Positions 52,553-61,914 of a stretch of 64,000 nucleotides of DNA are shown here, one piece after another. A model generated the notes under the pieces. It saw nothing but the letters and a program-made list of their open reading frames with translations. It did no database searches and had not been told where the DNA came from. The stretch is from Chrysochromulina tobinii (Eukaryota). A program made the translations under genes and the position numbers. The first letter of the stretch is position 1. Each line of letters opens with the position of its first letter. The stretch is from the NCBI GenBank assembly GCA_001275005.1, contig JWZX01003001.1:1-64000 (forward strand), in the 5' to 3' direction.

Positions 52553-55431
52553 TCACTTGCCTTCCGCCTCGACGATGGCCTTCATCGTGTCGCCTGGCAG
52601 CGAGCACCAGTAGCATTGCTGGCCGCCGGTGCCCGAGCGTGTGCGCACGAGGTGGTGATCGAGGAACTCGGCGATGTGTTTCTTGAGTGCGACCTGCACG
52701 ACGCGGCGATGATTGGGAATCCGAGGCGAGCAGAGGCGATCAGAGGCGATCAGAGGACATCATAGGCCATCCGAGGCCATCAGAAGCAGTTAGGTGGCAG
52801 GTAGGTGGCAGTTAGGTGGCAGTGCACACCTCATTGCTCGTGGCGTACACGGCGCGTGAGCGCTTATAGAGCTCCTCGAAGGAAAGTCCGGGCGCCTTCG
52901 GGTGTTCGAGCTGGAACGTGAGCAGGAGCGTGAACACCTTGCGGGCGTTACTCGTGAGCGCATCGAGCACAATCTGGGCCGATCTCCCCTCGGTGCCTAC
53001 TGCTGAGTCGAAGAGGCTGCCTAGCAGCTCGTGGATCGAGTCGACCGCCTCATGAGCGTAGGAGAGGCCGGTCGGTGCCTCGACCCACGCCCAGTTGAAC
53101 GCGCGCGCCTTGCGGGAGTCCCAGAGCGACGCCGCGTACCGATGGGAGCATGAGGCGATCACATGCACCTGAGGGGAGGGAGAGGCGCCGTGGTGAGCAC
53201 TGGCATGCACTTGCATGCACTTGCATGATGGGAGCATGCGATCACATGCACCTGTGGGATCGAGGCGATAGATGCATGCAGGATGCACAGGTGCATGCAT
53301 CCGAGTGCATGCATGCAGAGCACAGCGGGATCGAGGCGATGGGAGCATGAGGCGATCACGTGCACCTGTGGGATCGAGGCGATGGATGCCAGGAGAGCTT
53401 GCGCTTCGTCACTTCGCATTGCTGGGCCATCGATGGAGTGCACCACTATGTAGACGTGCGACGGCAGTGTACTCGCCGCCGCGCGACGGTGCGCGAGCGA
53501 GCCCGCGGCCGCGGCCGCCGCGACGCGTGCACCGCCCACCCCACCCGCGCCGCCGTACCCGCCGTACTCGACAAGGTCGAAGGCGTTCGGCGACACGAGA
53601 TGGCTCGGTGCCGGAGCACTGCGCAGCCGGCGGCAGACCCCCAGCCGTTGGGCAGGGGAAGGCTCCAAGTACTCGTCCATTCGCCTCGACCCGGACGGAG
53701 CGCCGTCTCGAGCGCCCGCCGAGCCCGGCGCCTGCTCACGGCTCGCGAGGACGCGCAGGTGCTCACGACGACGCTTGCGCGAGTCGGGCCCATCGGCGAC
53801 GCGTCCGGTGATCGACTCCCCCGGGCCTGCGTCCTCAGAGGCGATCAGAGGCGATCAGAGGCGATCAGAGGCGATCAGAGGCGATCAGAGGCGATCAGAG
53901 GCGATCAGAGGCAATCAGAGGCAATCAGAGGCGATCAGAGGCAATCAGAGGCGATCAGAGGCGATCAGAGACGATAAGAGGCGATCAGAGGCGATCAGAG
54001 GCGATCAGAGGCGATCAGAGACGATCACTCAGCAGCGATCACCCAGCGGCACTCAGATGCAATCAGCGGCTGCCCACCTGAGTAATGCTCCGAGTCCGCG
54101 AGCTTACGAAGTTGACGAAGCACGCGCCGCTCGCGTACCGACGGTGAAGGCGCGACAGATTCCACACGGACGGCCGCCTCCGCCGCCGCCTCGGCCGCCG
54201 CCTCGGCCTCCGCCTCCGCCTCCGCCTCCACCTCGGCGTCCACCTCGCTGAGATCAAAGCGAGCACCGGGCGCCGCCATGGGCGCCGCCGCTCCCGCCGC
54301 CGCCGCCGTGGGCGCCGCAGGAGTGACCGAAGCGAATGTGGCGCCGGGTGCGGCGCCGTTGTGAGCGCCCGCGGCCGAGGCGGGCGCCGAGGCGGGCGCC
54401 TCCTTCGCGGTAGCTGTGAGTGACAAGGTGCGCATCCCAACGTTCGCAGGGGTGGCGACTGGCGGCGCGGCCATCTCCTCGGCCATATTCTCCGCCATAT
54501 TCTCCGCCATCTCCTCCGCCATCTCCTCCGCCATCTCCTCCGCCATCTTATCGGCGGTTACGCCTCGGATGCCGTTGAGAGCTGGAGCATTCACATTCAC
54601 ACCCGCGCCGCCTCCTGTGCTCGCTTCGGCGGCGCCGGCGCCTGCCCCCGACGCGGAGCCGTCTGCCCCGGCGCTCGCCACACCGGCTGGAGCGTCTGCC
54701 CGAGCCTCGGCTGCGCCGAGCGGCGTCGGAGGAACATAAGCGAGTGCGGGCGGCAGATTTGGGCGGCCGGCGGCGGTCGGGAGGAGGCGCAGAAAGTGCT
54801 GCAGCCCCACGCCCTGCGGCGCGGCTGGCGCAGCCGGCGGCGCGGCGGCCGTCCGGAAGGCCTGCCGCACCTGATTGCACAGCGCGCGCGTCGTACCCGT
54901 CGGCGTGGCAGGAGTCTTGAGCACCTGAGTCAGGAGCAAGACCAGCAGCTCGCGCAGTCGTGCGCCGCTCGTGTAGCCCTGGAGCACAAGCACCGGCGTC
55001 TCCGGACCGTCGAGGCCGGACGCAAAGTCCTCGAGCAGCTCCTTTTTCGAGCCGAAACCGTGCAGCAAGAGCGAGAATCCGCCGTGCAGCATCGCAAGCC
55101 ACTCCGGGTAGCTGCGCGCATGGCGTTCGCGCGTCTCCGCCGGGAGCGAGGAGGGGCGGCGCAGCAGTTCGTGCACCGCACTTGCCAGCTCCTGCGGGCC
55201 GCCGCCGGGAAGATCGCACAGGCGCTTTTTATTGGCCGCCAGCCGCTGAGCCCTCCGTGGGTTGCGCTGCGCCGCAAAGTAGGCATTCGCCACCCGTACC
55301 GCATTAGTGCCGTCGTCCTGCTCGTCGTCCTCGTCGTCTTCGTCGGCTTCGTCCAGCAGGTCCTCGTCGGCGTCGTCCTCGTCGTCACGCTCTTCCACCT
55401 CGTCGGCTCGCTCCTCATCGTCGTCGGACAT
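52553..55431 (-). CDS. ORC2: Origin recognition complex subunit 2
   Basis: Exons 55431-54078, 53826-53366, 53168-52830, 52693-52553 (frame-consistent). Motifs W...LHGGFSLLLHGFGSKKELLEDF, VVHSIDG, HVIAS, LWD...FNW, EFLDHHLV. Confidence 0.92.
53835..54026 (-). repeat. Intronic 10-nt minisatellite (CTCTGATCGC)n, about 19 copies
   Basis: Plus strand (GCGATCAGAG)n inside ORC2 intron 53827-54077. Confidence 0.95.
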
Positions 55432-55683
55432 GGTTTCGCGCGCCCGCGGTCAGCGAGTTTCGTCGAAGAGGGCAAACGACTGGGCTAACAAATGTTCTGA
55501 AAAGACGACTGGTGACCCTTGTGAAGCCCGCGGGGGCCCGGATGGGGTATACGCACGCTTCTCGTGGTAGTCGTAGGACCTCCTGGTCTGAAGGCGCCTG
55601 CCTTTTTTGGGATACCGGCACACGTGTCACCACGCCACGCTGCGAGCGCGTGCGCCGCGCATCTCCCACACAACCCGGCGCAC

Positions 55684-58600
55684 ATGTTGCACAGTCCCTC
55701 GGTATCGGAGACCTCTGCTGCGCAGGGCGTGCCCACGCCTGAGCCCAGGGGCGACTCGTCGGGTTCGATGCAGGACCGGGCCGAGGGCGCAGACGCGCAG
55801 CTCAACCTTCTGAAGGCGGAGGCCATCGCGCTCCGTGAGAGCGGCGACAAGATTGGGGCCCTTGCAAAGGTGCGCCAGATCCGGGCGCTCAAGGCGCAGC
55901 AGCAGGCGGACGAGCGGCAAATGGCGTTGGAGCTTGCGCATATGACGGGCCTGGTTTGGGCGCGGGGGCTGCTTGCCAACCCCGAGGAGCGCCGCAAGGT
56001 GAGTGACACGGAGTTCAGGCGGCAGGACGTGGATAACAATGGCGTGCTCGACAAGAGCGAGGCGCTCACGGTGGTCGAGCGCATGTGCACAAAGTTCGGG
56101 TTGACGTTGCCCAAGAAAGAGAAGATCAGCGAGCTCTTCAGCCTGTGCGACAAGAACGGCGACGGCGTCATCCAGATCGCCGAATTCCGCAACTACTTCC
56201 GCGTCGTGCTCGAGAGCTGTGTGGGCAAGGCCGAGAGCGAGCTGGCGGCGCGGTACAATGTGGAGCCGGGGGTGGTGGCGGCATTGACGCCTTTGGCGGC
56301 GGGCACGCTCAATCCCGCGGCCGAGGGCCTCACCATCGGCGTGCCGATGACATTTCCCCGAAAAGACGTGTCGCCGGCGACGACGAGCGTGCGCTCCACC
56401 CCTCCTTCGAGCAGCAAAGGCTCCACGCCCCCTTCGAGCAGCAGAGGTGGAAGCTCGAGGATCCATGGGGAGTCGTCCAGCAACGCAGCATCCAGCAAAC
56501 TCAGCAAGGCGGTATTCAGCAAGGCGTCGCCCCTCGAGAAGGTGCACGCGATGCGCCTGACGGCAGGTAGTCCAACGTCCGCGAGTGAGGTCGCACCCGG
56601 GTCGCCAACAACCCCTAACACCCAACAATCCCCTGTGAGCGGCGGTAAGGGGCTCTTGGGGCCTCAAACTCCCATCGACAACAGCGGCTCCCTCGCAACG
56701 GCATCTTCATTGGAGATCCTGATGGTCGAGCAGCGGCTTGCGACGCCAAGCGGGCCGAAGCCTTTCCCCTCCCATTCAGCGGCCGCGCCCTCTGCTCTCT
56801 TGGCCACGCCGCCGGCCGCGCCCTCTGCTTTCTCGGAGACGCCGTCAGCCGCGCCTCCCTCGGATGCACAGCCCGCGACGGCGACGCGAAGCTTCCCGAA
56901 GCCGCAGTCGACAATGTCGTTCCGTGAAGTCGCTCAGCTCAAAGGGATTGAATGGGTGCGCGCCCTCCTCGTCTCAGCTGAGGTCCGCCGCGCGCTCTGC
57001 AACGCGGAGTTCTCGGCGGCCGACCGATTTCAGAATGGGGCGCTTGATCGTGCGGAAGCGCTCGAGTGCGTGAAGCGCACGTGCGAGCGGTTCGAGGTCA
57101 GGCTGCCCTCAGCCGATAAGTGCGGCGAGTTCTATGACGCGTGCGACACCTCGCGTGACGGCAGCATTCAGCCGAACGAGGTGCGTTGTGCGCCATCTGA
57201 CTGCATCGCGCGCCCTCTCTGCATGTACCCTGCGCCGTCGCCCTGCGCACTCATCTATTCTTGCCCCTGCCTCTTCAGCAGTCCCCCCCCTCACTTCCCC
57301 TCAAACCTTCCCACATCCACCCACGCCCCCTTCGTTTGGCGGCAGTTCTACGTCTTTTTCGTCACGCTGCTCGAGGCGTGCGTAAACCAGTCTGAGAACG
57401 ACCATCTGGCTGAGAAGGCCTCGAGAGGAACAACAGGAGACCTCGAGCATATTCTGAGCCAGAAGGACGTCGAACCCTCCTCCGCGCTCAAGGCGAAGCA
57501 GCAGGCGGACGAGCGGCAAATGGCGTTGGAGCTTGCGCATATGACGGGCCTAGTTTGGGCGCGGGGGCTGCTTGCCAACCCCGAGGAGCGCCGCGAGGTG
57601 AGTGACACGGAGTTCGGGCGGCAGGACGTGGATAACAATGGCGTGCTCGACAAGAGCGAGGCGCTCACGGTGGTCGAGCGCATGTGCACAAAGTTCGGGT
57701 TGACGCTGCCCAAGAAAGAGAAGATCAGCGAGCTCTTCAGCCTGTGCGACAAGAACGGCGACGGCGTCATCCAGATCGCCGAATTCCGCAACTACTTCCG
57801 CATCGTGCTCGAGAGCTGTGTGGGCAAGGCCGAGAGCGAACCTGGCTACGCGACCTCGTCCGACTCCCTGCCGCCCCCAGACTCCGACGTCATGGCAACC
57901 CAAATTAGGTTGCCGCCACCAGAATCCGACCTCCGCGGCGCGGGCGGCGACAAAGTGCCGCCGTTGCCGCCGCCGATGGCGACGCCCCCGTCGTCGAAGG
58001 TAGGAGCAGTGCCGCTTTCGTCCTCGTCATCAACTTCATCGACCTTTTACGGCTCTCTACTCTCCAAGAAGCCGGTCCAAATGGCCCTGGGCTTCCCACG
58101 CCAGACCCATGATCCGCAAAAGCGAGAATTTCTCGTCAATCGCAAGCTGATGGCGGGCTTCAACACGTGGCGCACCGCCGTCGCCACCTTCCTCGAGATA
58201 ATCCAGCTCACGGTGGGCCACTGGCGCGGCCAAGAGATGATGCGCGGTTGGAACCGATGGCAGATCCGGCGAGATGACACTTTCCGGTTGCGCGCTTGGC
58301 TCGAGCAAGCGCTGCGTATGGCGCTCGCCGTCGCCGCGGCGCGCGGTTGGCGAGGCTGGCTTGCAATGCTCGAAATACAGCAAGAATATCAGTGCTTGAT
58401 GCGGTATAGCCTGGCCCGCTTCATGGACGCTCGTGCGCCGTGCGCACTCGCCTCATGGAAGCACGCGCTTCAGGTCGAGGCAAACCAGCGGCGACTCGCC
58501 AACGCTATGGCAACCGCCCTCAAACACATGCTGCAAAGACGGCACTCACTGGGTTTGAATACATGGATCATGAACGTCGAGAGGCGCACGCAGTACAAGG

Positions 58601-61299
58601 CGGCGCTCCACCGCGGGATCTTTCACCTGAAGAAACGCTGCGAGAGCCGCGGCTGGAACGGGTGGGTCGAAGCGACCGAGGGTCGTCGGATGTGGGCGAC
58701 GCGGCTGCGCTCCGTGCTGCGCACGTTCTCTCTGTCCAAAACGTGGCGCTGCTGGAACCGTTGGAAGGTGGCGACGGCGCTGCGGGCCAAAAAGGCACGC
58801 ACCGACGGGCGTGCGCGTCACGTGCAGCGTCGTATATTTGAACGCAGGATCCTGCTTGCGTGGAACACGTGGGCCGAGCTGCACGAGGAGCGTCTCAAGA
58901 CGTCCGAGGTGCTCGAGCGCGGCCTGAATTTCCTCCTGAAATGGAAGCTGCCTTCCAGGTGCTTGAACACGTGGGCCGATGCGTCGCGCGTGCAGATGCA
59001 CACGACCATGCTGTTCACGCGGGGTATGAGCTGGATAAGGAATACCAGCGGCTCGCGCGCATTCGCAGCTTGGAAGTTCGCAGTCCATCTCGCCTCTGCA
59101 AAGGCGCGCGCCGGCGCAAAGCAGTCGCGTGCCATCAAACGCCTCGCGAGCTTACATGTGGCGCGCGGCTTTGGTGCTTGGTGGGAGATGGTGGAGATTG
59201 CAGCGGCTATGACACGCGCGTCGCGTCGCGTCTTGAGCCTCTGGGCACAGCGCCACGGCGGGCGGGCGTGGGGCGCCTGGCTGGAGATGCTCGAGCTACG
59301 CGTCGCGTTTGAGAAGCAACTCGGCGTCGCGAGCCGTGTGCTGCTCCGTCGCAAGCTCAGCATTCGGCTAGGGCTGTGGAAGGTCCACCGCTGGGCACGG
59401 CGCGTGGTGCTGCGTGGCGTGAGGCACCTGGCCAGCCGGCAGAAGCGCCGCTCGATGAGCGTATGGCGCGCAATTTGCCACGGACAAATCGGTCATAAGG
59501 CGGCGCTGCTTCGCGCGGAGGAATACGGCTTGAGGACTTTCATGACGAGCGGCAGTTTCGGTACCACGGGCTCGACTAGGCTGCGCCACTGGCGCAACCA
59601 GGAGCTCTCACGCGGATGGATAACGTGGATGGTGCTCCGCGCCAAGATGACGTCGGCACAGGAGCAAGCCTCACGCTCGTTAGCGCACAGGCGCCGTTCC
59701 GCCTTAGCGTTCGGCTGGACCACGTGGGCCGCTGCGAGCGCCGACGGCTACGCGCGCCGGATGACCGAAACGAAGGCCAACTGCGTGCGGATGCTTCATA
59801 TGCTGCGCGTGGGGCGCGCGTTTGGCGAGTGGGAGCTCAACTTTATCTCGAACCGCATTCTACTCGACAATGTGGCGCAGTCAATGAGCCGATTGCGCTT
59901 CAATGAGCTCTCGCGCGCGTGGCGGATGTTGGCCGGGGAGGTGGCGGAGCGCGGCGGCCGTCACGAGGCTATGATTGAACGCTCCGTCGCCTTCCTGAAG
60001 AAAAACGATACGGCACGTGCATGGAGCTTGTGGCATGCCGTGTGGCGGGAACTCGCGGCGCAATCTGAGGCGATGCGACGAGGCGCGGGCCACTTTATCC
60101 ACGGCAATCGTGCACTCTGCTGGAACGCATGGATCGACTTTGGCGCCGCTCGTGGGCGCAATACGCGGCTGCTGCTGCGAGGGGTGTTCTTCTCGATGAA
60201 GTCGCTGCAGGCCTTTGGGTTTTGTTGCTGGCGCGACTTCGTCGCGCTCGAACAGGGGCGACGCACCAAAACACGCCGGATGACGCATGCCATCCGCAAC
60301 ATTAATACACGGCGCCGATATGGGATCGCATGGACTTGTTGGGTGACAAGGTGCGAGAAGCGCTTCTCCGACAGGCGGCGCATCCGACAGGCTGTGGGCC
60401 ATTTCGCCAGTCGACGGCTCTCACGAGCTTGGGTGACGTGGGTGCCGCAGTCTGAGGAGCGCAAGCGCCACATCCTCCACCTACGTAACGCCCTCCGCTT
60501 TATGGTGCGCAACTACAAGTCTCAAGCGCTCAAAGGATGGCGTGCCACGCACGCCTTTTTGAACGCGACGCGCGAAAAGAATGAGGACATCGTGCGCTCC
60601 ATTGTTCGCATGATCAAGCGTGGCAGTCTGCACCGCGGCTGGTGCACCTGGCATGCCATCTGGAAGGAGCGCGAGTGCATGCGACTTGGTACCAAGCTGA
60701 GCCTGGGGCATGCACGCTATCGGCTGTTGTCCAAAGTGTACGTGGCATGGCGGATGCATGCGGCCGAGATGCAAGCCGCCATTGACTTCGCCGCGATGCA
60801 ATTCTCTCATGTCGTGGTCGTGCGCCCGCAATTGGCATCGTCACCCGGCGCGGCGCTTGCCCAAAACGGCGCGAAGCGCCAGCCAGGCACGCCTACGCCA
60901 GCCGTGCAACGGCTGTGGAAGTGCAGCGAGACGGCACAGCACGACTACGCCCTGCTGCACGCGGCACAGGAGGGCCACCTGGCGACCGTGCGCGTGCTCA
61001 CAAACCGAGGCGCGCGCGTGTGTGTACGCGACGGCAAGGACCAGCGCAACGCACTGCACATTGCTTGCTTTGAAGGCTTCCTCGACATTGTGCGCGTGCT
61101 GCTCGAGGTCGGGGACGTTGATGATTTCCTCGAGGCTCGAGATTTGGGCGGGAACACTGCCTACATGCTCGCGTGCATGCGAGGATATTTGACGATCATG
61201 CGCGTGCTGAAGGAGGCAGGTGCTGACGAGCGCGCTGAGGAGCACGATGGAACACGGGCGAACCGTTCGTACCCGCGCCCTTCGAGCCGCGTGCAGTGA
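55684..61299 (+). CDS. Large protein: three EF-hand pairs, long Trp-periodic Sfi1-like repeat region, C-terminal ankyrin repeats
   Basis: EF loops DVDNNGVLDKSE and DKNGDGVIQIAE. Probable in-frame 165-nt intron at 57181-57345. Many RGWNxW/RAWxxW repeats. Ankyrins LLHAAQEGHLATVRVL, ALHIACFEGFLDIVRVLL, TAYMLACMRG. Confidence 0.82.
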   Translation: MLHSPSVSETSAAQGVPTPEPRGDSSGSMQDRAEGADAQLNLLKAEAIALRESGDKIGALAKVRQIRALKAQQQADERQMALELAHMTGLVWARGLLANPEERRKVSDTEFRRQDVDNNGVLDKSEALTVVERMCTKFGLTLPKKEKISELFSLCDKNGDGVIQIAEFRNYFRVVLESCVGKAESELAARYNVEPGVVAALTPLAAGTLNPAAEGLTIGVPMTFPRKDVSPATTSVRSTPPSSSKGSTPPSSSRGGSSRIHGESSSNAASSKLSKAVFSKASPLEKVHAMRLTAGSPTSASEVAPGSPTTPNTQQSPVSGGKGLLGPQTPIDNSGSLATASSLEILMVEQRLATPSGPKPFPSHSAAAPSALLATPPAAPSAFSETPSAAPPSDAQPATATRSFPKPQSTMSFREVAQLKGIEWVRALLVSAEVRRALCNAEFSAADRFQNGALDRAEALECVKRTCERFEVRLPSADKCGEFYDACDTSRDGSIQPNEVRCAPSDCIARPLCMYPAPSPCALIYSCPCLFSSPPPHFPSNLPTSTHAPFVWRQFYVFFVTLLEACVNQSENDHLAEKASRGTTGDLEHILSQKDVEPSSALKAKQQADERQMALELAHMTGLVWARGLLANPEERREVSDTEFGRQDVDNNGVLDKSEALTVVERMCTKFGLTLPKKEKISELFSLCDKNGDGVIQIAEFRNYFRIVLESCVGKAESEPGYATSSDSLPPPDSDVMATQIRLPPPESDLRGAGGDKVPPLPPPMATPPSSKVGAVPLSSSSSTSSTFYGSLLSKKPVQMALGFPRQTHDPQKREFLVNRKLMAGFNTWRTAVATFLEIIQLTVGHWRGQEMMRGWNRWQIRRDDTFRLRAWLEQALRMALAVAAARGWRGWLAMLEIQQEYQCLMRYSLARFMDARAPCALASWKHALQVEANQRRLANAMATALKHMLQRRHSLGLNTWIMNVERRTQYKAALHRGIFHLKKRCESRGWNGWVEATEGRRMWATRLRSVLRTFSLSKTWRCWNRWKVATALRAKKARTDGRARHVQRRIFERRILLAWNTWAELHEERLKTSEVLERGLNFLLKWKLPSRCLNTWADASRVQMHTTMLFTRGMSWIRNTSGSRAFAAWKFAVHLASAKARAGAKQSRAIKRLASLHVARGFGAWWEMVEIAAAMTRASRRVLSLWAQRHGGRAWGAWLEMLELRVAFEKQLGVASRVLLRRKLSIRLGLWKVHRWARRVVLRGVRHLASRQKRRSMSVWRAICHGQIGHKAALLRAEEYGLRTFMTSGSFGTTGSTRLRHWRNQELSRGWITWMVLRAKMTSAQEQASRSLAHRRRSALAFGWTTWAAASADGYARRMTETKANCVRMLHMLRVGRAFGEWELNFISNRILLDNVAQSMSRLRFNELSRAWRMLAGEVAERGGRHEAMIERSVAFLKKNDTARAWSLWHAVWRELAAQSEAMRRGAGHFIHGNRALCWNAWIDFGAARGRNTRLLLRGVFFSMKSLQAFGFCCWRDFVALEQGRRTKTRRMTHAIRNINTRRRYGIAWTCWVTRCEKRFSDRRRIRQAVGHFASRRLSRAWVTWVPQSEERKRHILHLRNALRFMVRNYKSQALKGWRATHAFLNATREKNEDIVRSIVRMIKRGSLHRGWCTWHAIWKERECMRLGTKLSLGHARYRLLSKVYVAWRMHAAEMQAAIDFAAMQFSHVVVVRPQLASSPGAALAQNGAKRQPGTPTPAVQRLWKCSETAQHDYALLHAAQEGHLATVRVLTNRGARVCVRDGKDQRNALHIACFEGFLDIVRVLLEVGDVDDFLEARDLGGNTAYMLACMRGYLTIMRVLKEAGADERAEEHDGTRANRSYPRPSSRVQ

Positions 61300-61914
61300 G
61301 ATATGATGCAGCGACGGTGGCATGGTCCATGTGCATGCGATGGTTGGCATGATCGGTTCGGTTGGAGGGCGGCGCGTGGAGGGCGGCGCGGGCTAGCCCC
61401 CCTAGGGCCGGTTGACTGATCGGTTCCGGCCCGGACCAGTGTGATCGGGGGCTCCGGGCGCTGTTTCGGTTGTACAACATTTTACACTGTGGGTTCCACC
61501 TGATGTCGTGCTGTGTCCGTTCCCGGCACCGCGCACGCGAATGCCAAGGCGAACGGCACGCCGGAGGTCCCGAGGACACGCGACGAGTCGATCCCCCCGC
61601 CCGCGCGCGCACGGCACTTCGCGACCGCACAGCTTCCGAAATTGACCTATGACCTCCCGCGCTGGCGCCACCGCCCACCGGCTCCGCAGCCTCGGCCTCC
61701 GCCAGTTCGGTTATCTCGGAGTGCCCCTCCGGCGCGCGTTCGGCTTAGCGTTTCCCGTTCTAGACCGTCAGACGCGAGACGCTGTGCCCCGTTGCCGTTC
61801 TAGCGGCAACACACACGCGCCCGCAGAGTGCACATACCACTTTTCATGCATCATGGTCATCTGTCGCGTACCTTGTCGACTTGTTTGCCGCACAACCCAA
61901 AATTGGCAAGGGCA

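Noticed and set aside
12400..61800. Very GC-rich intergenic patches (~12400-12700, 14640-14930, 23560-23800, 48150-48330, 61380-61800) as one repeat family
   Set aside because: I could not align them to one another by eye; shared composition only.
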